DNA from: an uncultured virus (IMG/VR IMGVR_UViG_3300027769_000001)
Taxonomy: Duplodnaviria; Heunggongvirae; Uroviricota; Caudoviricetes
Length of the DNA: 20,000 nucleotides
IMG/VR virus record: IMGVR_UViG_3300027769_000001
Direction: 5' to 3' (one strand)
A program made the position numbers and the translations under genes. Position 1 is the first letter of the stretch, and each line of letters opens with the position of its first letter. The notes beneath the pieces are model-generated. The model did not search any database and was not told the DNA's origin. It saw nothing but the letters and a program-made list of their open reading frames with translations. Shown here in pieces: positions 1-9,169 of the stretch.

Positions 1-1
1 A

Positions 2-3000
2 GATCCGTTGCTTGATAGCTTAACCAGTGTTTTTAATTTTTTATTTAGTATCCGAAACGAACTATTTGAAATATCAAAGCTAGCTGGAAAAACTATTGGC
101 ACGATCGCCGACACGGCCATAAAGCTGATAGGTGGAGCTACGGGCGGAGCAAGACAAACTCGGCTGGAGGGCGGTGCAGTCAGAGGGCGGACAGGAGGTG
201 AAACTCCCCTGACCAGCAAAGTAACAAGTGATTTTGGAGCAGATGACGCGCTTAATGCAGCGAAGGCTACGGTCAACTATGTAAAAGTCGAAGTCAGTAA
301 AGCTTTTTCAACTGTCTACTTACAGATAAGCACGCTGCTCGAGCGCGTTTCTTCTGCGTTTCTGGCCGTAGGCGGCGGCTTAGCCATGCTGGCCAAGGGA
401 CTGTTGAGTATAAAGCTAGAAACATTTAAGGCACTAATAGGAGCAGTAGAGTCAATATCTCCCGCGCTACTGGTTGCAGCTAAGGGCTTAGGGTTTTTCT
501 TAGGCCTATGGGGCAAGTTCATGGAACTGCCTCTGGTACAGGAGTTAGCCCAGATTGGCATAGGGATGCGTGCGCTTCAAGCAACCGGGGTGACACAGTT
601 AATACAGTCGGGTTTTGCGCTAAAGTTCGTATTCGACAACTTTAGTAAAGCGCTTGCATTTGTAAAATCACAGTTTGCACTTTTACGTCCAATTATTGGC
701 AGTGTAATCTTGTACATAGGCCAACTAATATCTAATATAGGTAGAGCGGCAATCGCGGCAGCTACGGCATGGGCCCCAGGTAGTAAAGCTCTGCAAGCAT
801 TAAGAACTGAGATATTATTAGTAGCCGAACAATTTGAATCTGTTGGTAATGCTGCGCAGCGCGCGGGCGACAAAACAGGAGGATTCGGTCAAAACATCGA
901 AAAAGTAGGAGGAGGAATAGTAGGCTTGATAGCTGGCATGATTAAGTTTCAACTAATCATGTTTGCCATCACTGCGATTTTAAGCACAGCGATGGAGCGG
1001 TTTTCCGCATACAAAGAATCCCAAGACAAAATAGCCAGTGACAAACGCGCTCAAGAAGCCGTTCGCAGACTTGCAACTACTTATAAAGACTTAGGCGAAA
1101 ATGCGACTGAAGCGCAGAAAAGAGCAAAAGCATTTGAGCAATCTCTAGTTAATCAAGAATACGATAAGGCAGTAGATGGTCTAGAAAAAATCAAGAAAAA
1201 ACTGGAAGAAGTACGCGACGCATTTGGGCCAAAAGAAGGATTTGGAGCTAATCTTAAAAAAGGTATAGACAACATATTAGCCACTTTTAATCCCGCAAAC
1301 ATAGATATACTTGGAAAGCAATTACGAGGTGATTATGCAGGAACGGATATTGATAGCTTTGGTGAAGCTATTGAGCGCCGCACATTAGATCAACGAAAAG
1401 CCGCTGAAGCCGAAGTAGCTAAGTACGCAAAAGAAGTCGACAAGCTTGCCGGCGAAGATAACATCAAACTCCAGGCCCAAAAGCGCGCCGACCTATCCAA
1501 AGAGATCGCCGAGCTCGAGCGCCAGCAACAGAACGACCTCTTCCAACAGCGCCAGAGCCTCGCCCAAAAGGAAGTCGACATCTTCCGCGCCGCAGGCGAG
1601 CTCCGCATCTACCAGATGGAGCAGGCCAACGCCAAGCTCATCGAAGGCGAACAAGGCGCCTCCCGTGCCGCTCTCGAGGCTCTCAACACCTATCTGTCGG
1701 TGCGCGAGAACGGCGAACTCGATATTGAAGCTGAAAAGAAAACGCTTGCGATTGAGGTGGTTAACCTCGAAAAAACAATCGCCGACTACCGTTTCGAGAA
1801 CGAGAAGAAGATCGCCGAGATCCGCAAACGCGCCGGCGAAAACGAAATGGCCATGGCCGACGCTCGCCGTCAGGCAGAAGGGCAAGGCCCGCGCGTAGCT
1901 GGTGGGGGCGCATTCGACACAGGCTTGCGCACTGGTCCTGCTCCTGTCATCGGGGGTAGCGCCGATTATCACCAAGATCTGTCGTTCGGTCCTGGTGTAG
2001 ACCTGCGTCAACAGCGCGAGTTAATGGTGCAGTTGGCTCAGGCCTACGATGATATGGGACGCAAGATCGTACTGAGTAATGCAGGAGTAGCAGGTAAAGA
2101 GTTCCCGCTTAAAGGCACCGCTCAACAACAGAATGAATTTATCCTGAGCGCGCAGGCCGCGCACCGTAATCGAAAAGGTGGTGGACGTACTGCAATTGAT
2201 TTCTACGCACCTACTAAAACTGATCCTAAAGGTAGGTTTGGCAGTTCTGTTGTAAACCAAGCAATGCTCGCCCCCACTGTCGCGGGCGGCAAAACAAATT
2301 ATTTTGCAGGTGGAGCAGGGGGTGCAGGTTTAGAGATAACTAAAGAAGGTGCGAGCATTCTTAAGTTAATCCACGGACGTACAGATATTCCTCTCCCCTC
2401 AGGGGGCAGCATTCCTGGCGTTTCTACCGCTGCAACTCCCCAGCCCAAACTTAAATCGCTCGATGACATAGGCGCTCCCAGCATCTCCAAATACGCCGAG
2501 TCGATTCGCAACCTCGGTAGTTCTATGGAGCGCTTCCGGGCCCTGCAGGCTGATCTGACCAACGCTCGCACGGTCTCCGCCTTCGGAAAAATTGCTGAAG
2601 CCGCTATACCCACGATCAATCTCGAGCAATACCGAGACCAGCTGATCGAATCCAATACGGCAATGGAAGCCCTGGCCAAAACTTCCGGTCAGGCATACGA
2701 CCCTGAAGCTCTCCAGATTTCAATTGATCAAATTACCAGACGTAAAATTCAAGAAGAAGAGATAGCTGAAATTCTTAAAGATGCCAATGATAAGCGCAAT
2801 AAAGGCCTTATCACAGATAAGGAACTTCAGCAAGTCAAAGACGACATTGCTAAGCGCCAACGAAAAAATATCGAAGATACTGCAACTGAAGCCAAACTGC
2901 GTAAACAAATTCTTGACAGCGCTCGCCAACAGAACGCTATCGAAGCTTTGCGAAAAGATACCGCCGCTATTCCGTTTGAGCTACAGCGCGCCCAGCTTCA

Positions 3001-4222
3001 AGCTCGGGGCTCAATGGCTCAGGCTTTCTTCGGCGACGACCCGCGCCAGCAGCGCAACCTAGACGCTGAGATGCGCATAGCTGAGCGCCGCATTCAGCTC
3101 GAACAAGACAACACCAAGACCAATGAGCAGGTTCGCACCGAGCTCGAACTATTCGCTACTGGAGTGCGCAGCGCAGCCACCGTACTCGGTGACCTAGATA
3201 TTGCTGTTAGAGATTTTCAACGCAATATGTCACTCATTCGCGATAGTGCCCGCACCTTTACTGAAGGCTACAAAGGCTTCTTCAAGAGCATTCTTACTGG
3301 AGGCGACATCACCGAAGCCCTCAACTCCATGCTTAGTAATGTCGCTGACCGCTTCCTGAACATGGCGCTCGACGCAGCCTTCGCTCCTCTCGAGAAAATT
3401 ATGGAGCAAAGCTTCAAAGACCTGTTCGGTGTAGAAGACCCCATGGTTGCTGTCCAGACCGCAAACACCACCGCTACTGCTGCAAACACCACAGCTACTG
3501 ACGCTCTAACTGCAGCCCTACAAGTTTCCGCTCCCGGCGCTTCTACCGGAGGAGCTGGTGCAGCCGCTGCGGGTGTTGTAGATGCATCCGGAGCGCAAGC
3601 CTCGGCTGCCGAAGACGCAGCGAGCGCTACCAATGCGCAAGCCAACGCCACAGAGAAATCCACTAAAGCAGCAAAAGACGCTGACTCCGGACTCACTAAG
3701 TTTCAGAAAGCTCTTAGTGGCGTTATGGGTGCTGCCACGGGCGCTGCCACCATCGTCGCCAGCATCGACTCCATGAAAGGCGGAGGAACTTACGAAGTCT
3801 TAATGGGTCTGGCTGGCATATTTAGTGGCATTGGCTCTATCGCCGGTGGATTCGCCGCCCTAGGCAAAAAGGCCGTCGGTGGTCCCATCGCGTCCAACCG
3901 TCCCTACCTCGTGGGTGAGAAAGGTCCAGAACTCATCGTTCCGCAATCCAACGGAACTGTCATCCCTAACAACTACCTTATCGGTAACAATTCTCAACTA
4001 CCTACACCGAGCTACGTTCGCCAGACTCCTGGTAGTGAAGGCGCAACCGCAATGGCGTCTCGACTTGAATTCAGCTACGACAGCACGGTCATAAACAACG
4101 TCGAGTATGTAACAGCAGACCAATTCCAGCGGGGCATGCGAGACTCTGCCGAGCGCGGCCGTTCTTTGGCCCTCGCATCCCTGAAAAACTCGATCAAAGC
4201 TCGTCGCCAAGTGGGTATTTAA
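2..4222 (+). CDS. Tail tape measure protein (5'-truncated; frame is open from the window start)
   Basis: >1400 aa; Ala/Gly-rich amphipathic and hydrophobic helices, long coiled-coil stretches (e.g. KRADLSKEIAELERQQQ), and the classic TMP C-terminal motif KAVGGPIASNRPYLVGEKGPELIVPQSNGTVIPNN (~3869-3973). No stop upstream of the TTG at 8, so the true start probably lies outside the window. Confidence 0.92.
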   Translation, partial: DPLLDSLTSVFNFLFSIRNELFEISKLAGKTIGTIADTAIKLIGGATGGARQTRLEGGAVRGRTGGETPLTSKVTSDFGADDALNAAKATVNYVKVEVSKAFSTVYLQISTLLERVSSAFLAVGGGLAMLAKGLLSIKLETFKALIGAVESISPALLVAAKGLGFFLGLWGKFMELPLVQELAQIGIGMRALQATGVTQLIQSGFALKFVFDNFSKALAFVKSQFALLRPIIGSVILYIGQLISNIGRAAIAAATAWAPGSKALQALRTEILLVAEQFESVGNAAQRAGDKTGGFGQNIEKVGGGIVGLIAGMIKFQLIMFAITAILSTAMERFSAYKESQDKIASDKRAQEAVRRLATTYKDLGENATEAQKRAKAFEQSLVNQEYDKAVDGLEKIKKKLEEVRDAFGPKEGFGANLKKGIDNILATFNPANIDILGKQLRGDYAGTDIDSFGEAIERRTLDQRKAAEAEVAKYAKEVDKLAGEDNIKLQAQKRADLSKEIAELERQQQNDLFQQRQSLAQKEVDIFRAAGELRIYQMEQANAKLIEGEQGASRAALEALNTYLSVRENGELDIEAEKKTLAIEVVNLEKTIADYRFENEKKIAEIRKRAGENEMAMADARRQAEGQGPRVAGGGAFDTGLRTGPAPVIGGSADYHQDLSFGPGVDLRQQRELMVQLAQAYDDMGRKIVLSNAGVAGKEFPLKGTAQQQNEFILSAQAAHRNRKGGGRTAIDFYAPTKTDPKGRFGSSVVNQAMLAPTVAGGKTNYFAGGAGGAGLEITKEGASILKLIHGRTDIPLPSGGSIPGVSTAATPQPKLKSLDDIGAPSISKYAESIRNLGSSMERFRALQADLTNARTVSAFGKIAEAAIPTINLEQYRDQLIESNTAMEALAKTSGQAYDPEALQISIDQITRRKIQEEEIAEILKDANDKRNKGLITDKELQQVKDDIAKRQRKNIEDTATEAKLRKQILDSARQQNAIEALRKDTAAIPFELQRAQLQARGSMAQAFFGDDPRQQRNLDAEMRIAERRIQLEQDNTKTNEQVRTELELFATGVRSAATVLGDLDIAVRDFQRNMSLIRDSARTFTEGYKGFFKSILTGGDITEALNSMLSNVADRFLNMALDAAFAPLEKIMEQSFKDLFGVEDPMVAVQTANTTATAANTTATDALTAALQVSAPGASTGGAGAAAAGVVDASGAQASAAEDAASATNAQANATEKSTKAAKDADSGLTKFQKALSGVMGAATGAATIVASIDSMKGGGTYEVLMGLAGIFSGIGSIAGGFAALGKKAVGGPIASNRPYLVGEKGPELIVPQSNGTVIPNNYLIGNNSQLPTPSYVRQTPGSEGATAMASRLEFSYDSTVINNVEYVTADQFQRGMRDSAERGRSLALASLKNSIKARRQVGI
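3461..3502 (+). repeat. 21-nt tandem duplication in the TMP (ANTTATA / ANTTATD)
   Basis: GCAAACACCACCGCTACTGCT followed directly by GCAAACACCACAGCTACTGAC. Confidence 0.8.
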
Positions 4223-4224
4223 CT

Positions 4225-4698
4225 ATGGCCATAGCCGTCTGTAACTATATCCGATTCAAAAGCTCTACGGGCCAATACGTCGACGGCTACAACTTTCAAA
4301 ACTTTTTTGTAGGTCAAACTAAAGAGCGTGACGGTGTCAGTTTTTTATTCGCCCCCTTCGGTGTAACCCCCGGGGCCGGTACCAAAGGCGGAGACCGTAG
4401 TGACTCAGCTGTGGTAGCGCCTGCCACTCCTATAGTCATAAACTTATTCACAGAGGCCACATTTAATGAATGGCTTTGCGAAATAAAGATGGTGCTGCTC
4501 GATCCAGAAACGTATGAAGAACAAATTCAGGTCACTAATGAAACCTGGAAATGCTCAAGACCGGAGATCAACGTAGAGCGTGCCGTCCTACGTCTGGCTT
4601 CGCCGCTCGACGCCGTCGATAGACAGGTTCCCAGGAGAACGCTAAGCAGCGTGCTCGTGGGCAGCCTGCCTTCCACCGGAACCCTTTCGGTCTCATGA
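4225..4698 (+). CDS. Minor tail/tail-tip protein, lambda gpL-like N-terminal fold (DUF1833-like)
   Basis: 157 aa directly after the TMP. FLFAPF and RLASPLDAVDRQVPRRTL resemble the gpL-type 'L.SPLD....P.R' segment. No C-terminal multi-Cys Fe-S region. Confidence 0.65.
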   Translation: MAIAVCNYIRFKSSTGQYVDGYNFQNFFVGQTKERDGVSFLFAPFGVTPGAGTKGGDRSDSAVVAPATPIVINLFTEATFNEWLCEIKMVLLDPETYEEQIQVTNETWKCSRPEINVERAVLRLASPLDAVDRQVPRRTLSSVLVGSLPSTGTLSVS

Positions 4699-5084
4699 GC
4701 CCCTCTAAGCCCTGGATGAAGTACATCGGCCTGCCCTACCGGATGGGTGCCGACCCCGAGAGCGGCAAAGCTACTGACTGCATCCGCCTAGTCCTACGGG
4801 TCCTCAAGGACGCCGGCCTCAACCCCCCATCAATCGAAAAGAAATGGTATAGGTTGCTCGCTCAGCAGGACATCAGCGCCATTCGGACTGACTGGTTGTC
4901 ACTGACCGAGCAGACCCAAGGACCCGAGGAGTACGCCATGGCACTCCTGCCGAACGAAGGTGACTTCGCCATAGCTGTTGTTGTCGATAATGGAATTCTA
5001 ACTGTTCGCGCTAATGTGGGTGTTGTGTGGGTGCCCATAAGCAGCTTGCACCCACTAAACTATCGACGCTTAAAACATGTCTGA
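4695..5084 (+). CDS. NlpC/P60-fold tail assembly protein (lambda gpK-like position), probably degenerate active site
   Basis: WMKYIGLPYRMGADPESGKATDCIRLV matches the NlpC/P60 'IG.PY..G...DC..L' motif. ATGA overlap with the upstream gene; lies between the gpL-like and gpJ-like genes. Confidence 0.75.
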   Translation: MSPSKPWMKYIGLPYRMGADPESGKATDCIRLVLRVLKDAGLNPPSIEKKWYRLLAQQDISAIRTDWLSLTEQTQGPEEYAMALLPNEGDFAIAVVVDNGILTVRANVGVVWVPISSLHPLNYRRLKHV

Positions 5085-8000
5085 ACATCCGCTGCTTCCG
5101 TCGGACCGTTACATCGCTGATCTGTTAGGGCTAACAGACGATCAGTACCGGTATTACTTGGCAGAGGTGCGACGACGTGCGATGTCGGAGCCCAGGCCCA
5201 GTGTTGTGGCCGAAGTCACTACAACTTTGGCCACCATCGCTGTTATCTCTTCGATCCTATCTCTCGGATTGACGATTGCAGCATCGTTTTTCAAACCCAA
5301 ACCGCAACGGCAATCGGCAAGACTGCAGCAGAACCAAACTCAAGGCGCAACCATCAACAATGTCCGCCGCTTTGCACCGCGGCAGGGCTTTGATTCAGTC
5401 CAAGATGTCGCCACCATCGGCGACGTAATCCCACTGATCTACGCCTGCAGAGAGCAGATCGCCGGTCAGTTCTACGGCGGCATCCGCATCAATACCCCGC
5501 TGATCTGGAGCCAAATCACCGCCCTCGACAAAAGCCAGCTCCTTCGCGCTTTATTTCTGATCGGAGAGGGGACTCCCACCCTCGAGATCGAACCGAGCAA
5601 CATCGCCATCGGCAACAACACCCTCGGCTCCTATCTACTCGGGAACACCGAAAACTCCCGTTTTACCGCCTACTACCGACCTGACGGAGGGCGCGTCACC
5701 GCGAATGATCGCATCCTTGGAACGTCCAACGACCCAGGAAGCCTCATCCCCGAGGACGTTTATGCCGTACGGGACCAAAACGGCATCCCAGCCAGCAACT
5801 TCTCTCACGCTCGCCGACCTAGCACCCAGACCCAGTTCGGGGTCTACACCCTGATTGGTAACGGCTTCGGCTTTCGCATGAACCCAAACATGCGTCCGGG
5901 CGTGAATGCCCAAATCACTGTGGACGTGATAGGCAAGAAGAAGAAAGCAAAGGCACAAGGTCGTGTCGTATGCGAGCCCGACTATGTGTCCCTAGCACAG
6001 CGCGAAAAGCTAAAAGCTAAGTTCTCGGGGCGCTCCGGGTTGATCACTCAGGTTGGTAACACCTGGACTTATCACCTGTCTAATACAACAGATGCTGAAA
6101 CTGTATTTACAGCTGGCATTGTCGTAGCTCCTTGGACCACTAGCTACGAGGTATCGGACAATCCGTTTACAACAGCTACCGATGCAGTACTCAACACCTG
6201 GCTAACCATAGGATCCGTTGTAGCCACAAGTACCACCGTCTCTGCTCTCGTCACTCTTAATACAACTGCCGTAGTAGCAGGCTTAGCAACTGAACCAGAT
6301 GGTGTATACATCGTAAACTACAACATCTTCTTTATTCGCGACAGCAAAAATATATACGCAGAGCATATCATCAGCATCACCAAGACTACTACACCCAGTA
6401 CTCCACCTAATCCTCCTGTAGTGACATACAGCTACACAAACTCTGTAGCTACAGTCACGGTTCCCGTGAACGAACGCTTAGAGATTCACCAGGAACGCTC
6501 CGGTGATGCAGCTAATGCAGTAGCAGGTCGTCAGAAAACGTGGGATGACAGCCTCCAAGTGGGTGAACTAATCAAGCTCGGATCTGCCCTGGCGCTCTGC
6601 ACCGAACGCACCCCGTCCAATCTCAGCTTCAACAGCGACGCAGACTTCGAGCCCGTTGTTCCCAGCAAAGGCAACGCTATTGACGTTACCTTGGAGGTTA
6701 TCCGCACAGGCAGCGCGCAAACCATACCTTTGGCTGACCTAGTTAAAGACGCTTTATCCAACCCAGCCTTTTATACCGCAACTAACTTCCCTCAACTGTT
6801 TCGTATTGCTATTGCCAACTTTTCTACACTACGTGAATGTCGGATCGTAGAAGTCTGCATCAAAAGTGCTTTGGGTATTCGCATAAGTGGTCTTTGTAAC
6901 TTTCGCGACACCTTAACGTATCAACAAATTGATGCTAGAGCTTGTTACGACAAAGAAGGCAGTGTCATTCCTCCCGGTGACTACCTTACGGTTGACATCT
7001 TCAACAGTGGTCAGATGAACTCATCGGAAGAGCGTTTTTCGTTTTTCCGTATCCGGTATCGCGAGTCCGGCACCGAGGCCGCGTTCACAGAGCTCGCTCC
7101 CTGCTTCGGCGTTAGGGGCATTACCCAGCAGCAGGTCTTCAATGACTTCCGCATCGTGATGCCAGCCGTGAAACGCTGGGAGTTCCAGATCGAGCCCCTC
7201 AGTGGCTGGGAGATTCGTTCAGGCAGCGCCACTGGCGATCTTGAGCTCATTGATTCCAGCCTGACTACTGAGCGCACCATCACGACCAACGGCGTCACCA
7301 TCACCTTCAAAGGCCTGGTTTCCGAGGCCGGACCCTTCATCCCCGAAGGTCTGCGCAGCGCACTTGGTCCCGAAAAGTTCCTTCTCTCCAGTGGGCAGCG
7401 GGGCGATAACGGTGAAATTGGCATCGGCTACAGCGATGGCAGCTCGTACCTCGACGCCTGGGGCAAGCTCGCCGAGGCTTTCGTTTACGAAGAAGTGCGA
7501 ACCACTGCTGAATCCAGCCCCGAGCACGAAATCGTCAACGTCAACGAAATCCTGCCTAACGCCATCACGCCTGAGTACACGAACCTGGCTCTGCTCGGTT
7601 TCAACGTCCGCTCTGGCCCTGAATGGCAGCAATTCGGCCAGATTTCTGTGTATGTACTAAAAGGTCTAGCCGGAGGTACCCATCTCTTTCCTGAGATCCT
7701 CTTGGATCTACTGACAAACACCCGATACGGAAAGGGCGATCAGATTACCACCGAATTGATCGACCTCGAGAGCTTCGCATTGGCCACCACATGGTGCCGC
7801 GAACGACGGCTGTTCTTCGACGGTGCCATCGTCGGACGAACCAACTTGCGGCAGTGGGCGGCGGATGTCGCCGCTGCTCACCTCTGTTTGTTTGGAGAGA
7901 GCGCCGGCAAGTTCTGGCTTCGTCCTGCTTGGCCCGGCACCGTAGCCAACCCAGAGCCCGCCCCTATCAAAGGCATCTTTACCGCCGGAAACATCCTTGA

Positions 8001-8715
8001 AAACTCGTTCGCCCTCGAGTTTCTCGAGCCTGAAGAGCGTCAACCCATCCAAGTCAGCGTCAAATTCCGCGAGGAACGCATGTCGGTCAACCTCGACAAC
8101 CCTGGGGTCTTCTCAACCGAGCGCGAGATTCTGGTTCGTGAAGCGGAACCTTTTGGTCAAGACACCGACCCCATCGAGTCCATCGACCTTAGTGATTACG
8201 TCACAAGCCAAGCACACGCCATAGACGCCGCGAAGTTCATTGCACGCATGCGACGCATCCCTGATCACGCTGTCAAGTTCTCAACCACCCACGAGGGTCT
8301 TGTTGCCAGTATCCAGCCAGGTGACTATATCCGAGTTGCTATGGACGTTACCCACTACGACGAGCTACGCAACGGGGTTGTAACGGCTGACGGTGGTCTA
8401 GTAAGTACTACACCGTTTGCCGATGGCAGCTACAACGTATTCGCTTGGAACGGTCAGCAAGCCACCGAACCTGAGTTGAGCACTTTAGTGGTCAGCGGTG
8501 AAGGTGCCTACGCCACCCCATCCAACATCATTTTTACCTTTGTCAACACTAGCACGGTTGTTCGCACTTATCAAATAGAGCGAATTACACCTGCGGATGA
8601 GGGCAGCTACTCTATAGAAGCGGTACATATGCCCACCAACGAGCGCGGATTCCTGCTGTTGGCCGAGAACTGGGGTAGCGACACGACTGATTCCAACTGG
8701 ATTATTCAAGCTTGA
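5077..8715 (+). CDS. Tail tip hub / host-specificity protein J-like, with a gpI-like hydrophobic N-terminal segment
   Basis: 1212 aa. Hydrophobic TLATIAVISSILSLGLTIAASFFKPKP followed by GDVIPLIY. C-terminal tip-attachment-like motifs: PEILLDLLTNTRYGKG, IDLESFALATTWC...FFDGAI, IFTAGNILENSF, IQPGDYIRV. Confidence 0.85.
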   Translation: MSEHPLLPSDRYIADLLGLTDDQYRYYLAEVRRRAMSEPRPSVVAEVTTTLATIAVISSILSLGLTIAASFFKPKPQRQSARLQQNQTQGATINNVRRFAPRQGFDSVQDVATIGDVIPLIYACREQIAGQFYGGIRINTPLIWSQITALDKSQLLRALFLIGEGTPTLEIEPSNIAIGNNTLGSYLLGNTENSRFTAYYRPDGGRVTANDRILGTSNDPGSLIPEDVYAVRDQNGIPASNFSHARRPSTQTQFGVYTLIGNGFGFRMNPNMRPGVNAQITVDVIGKKKKAKAQGRVVCEPDYVSLAQREKLKAKFSGRSGLITQVGNTWTYHLSNTTDAETVFTAGIVVAPWTTSYEVSDNPFTTATDAVLNTWLTIGSVVATSTTVSALVTLNTTAVVAGLATEPDGVYIVNYNIFFIRDSKNIYAEHIISITKTTTPSTPPNPPVVTYSYTNSVATVTVPVNERLEIHQERSGDAANAVAGRQKTWDDSLQVGELIKLGSALALCTERTPSNLSFNSDADFEPVVPSKGNAIDVTLEVIRTGSAQTIPLADLVKDALSNPAFYTATNFPQLFRIAIANFSTLRECRIVEVCIKSALGIRISGLCNFRDTLTYQQIDARACYDKEGSVIPPGDYLTVDIFNSGQMNSSEERFSFFRIRYRESGTEAAFTELAPCFGVRGITQQQVFNDFRIVMPAVKRWEFQIEPLSGWEIRSGSATGDLELIDSSLTTERTITTNGVTITFKGLVSEAGPFIPEGLRSALGPEKFLLSSGQRGDNGEIGIGYSDGSSYLDAWGKLAEAFVYEEVRTTAESSPEHEIVNVNEILPNAITPEYTNLALLGFNVRSGPEWQQFGQISVYVLKGLAGGTHLFPEILLDLLTNTRYGKGDQITTELIDLESFALATTWCRERRLFFDGAIVGRTNLRQWAADVAAAHLCLFGESAGKFWLRPAWPGTVANPEPAPIKGIFTAGNILENSFALEFLEPEERQPIQVSVKFREERMSVNLDNPGVFSTEREILVREAEPFGQDTDPIESIDLSDYVTSQAHAIDAAKFIARMRRIPDHAVKFSTTHEGLVASIQPGDYIRVAMDVTHYDELRNGVVTADGGLVSTTPFADGSYNVFAWNGQQATEPELSTLVVSGEGAYATPSNIIFTFVNTSTVVRTYQIERITPADEGSYSIEAVHMPTNERGFLLLAENWGSDTTDSNWIIQA

Positions 8716-8717
8716 CC

Positions 8718-9113
8718 ATGCCTATCGCTTTTCCTGCAATCCGTCCCACCAGCCGCCGCTATCAACTCCCGGCGTTCCCGGTTACCCAGTTTAAGTCCCA
8801 GGGTGGGATTACTAGCTTCAGGCTCTGGGGCAGCAACCCCGAGGGTGCTCGCCTTCAGCTCGAGTTTCAGAACATCGCTGACTCTAAGGCTCTGGCAATA
8901 TCAGAAGCCTATACATCCGCCAAGGGTCCAATAGGGACATTGGACTTACCACCTGAGATATTTAGTGGTGCGGACGCACGCCTTGCCGACTTCATCAAAT
9001 CTAAAGGTAACCAATTATCGTGGCATTTTACAGCAGAACCTCCGGTTATTGAATCTGTAGTAAATGGTGTCAGCTCTGTTTCTGTAGTACTAACGGGTAT
9101 CCTTACGTATTAA
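8718..9113 (+). CDS. Putative distal tail (Dit/gpM-like) minor tail protein
   Basis: 131 aa from the ATG at 8718 (the track uses TTG 8712). FPAIRPTSRRYQ...FKSQGG...LQLEFQNI...WHF...SVSVVL fits the size and pattern of gpM/Dit-like proteins. Assignment is by pattern only. Confidence 0.55.
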   Translation: MPIAFPAIRPTSRRYQLPAFPVTQFKSQGGITSFRLWGSNPEGARLQLEFQNIADSKALAISEAYTSAKGPIGTLDLPPEIFSGADARLADFIKSKGNQLSWHFTAEPPVIESVVNGVSSVSVVLTGILTY

Positions 9114-9121
9114 CGACGCTG

Positions 9122-9136
9122 CTAGCCTGATACATA
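9122..9136 (+). promoter_or_regulatory. Putative phage promoter, copy 1 (CTAGCCTGA...ATA; -10-like TAGCCT at 9123-9128)
   Basis: Lies in the 56-bp spacer upstream of the ATG at 9170; motif shared with the sites at 10657 and 16793. Confidence 0.55.
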
Positions 9137-9148
9137 GCCGCATCACTT

Positions 9149-9165
9149 CCCGCAACGCGGGTTTT
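9149..9165 (+). terminator. Short GC hairpin plus T4 tract (weak terminator or 5'UTR structure)
   Basis: CCCGC-AAC-GCGGG followed by TTTT, ending 4 nt before the ATG at 9170. The stem is only 5 bp. Confidence 0.35.
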
Positions 9166-9169
9166 CGCT

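Noticed and set aside
8..10. TTG at position 8 as the TMP start codon
   Set aside because: The frame is open back to the window edge and the sequence looks like mid-protein helical repeats; the gene is probably truncated.
1446..1898. 150-aa alternative-frame + strand ORF inside the TMP
   Set aside because: Ser/Arg/Pro-rich off-frame translation coinciding with a GC-rich patch where stop codons are scarce; TTG start and no independent support.
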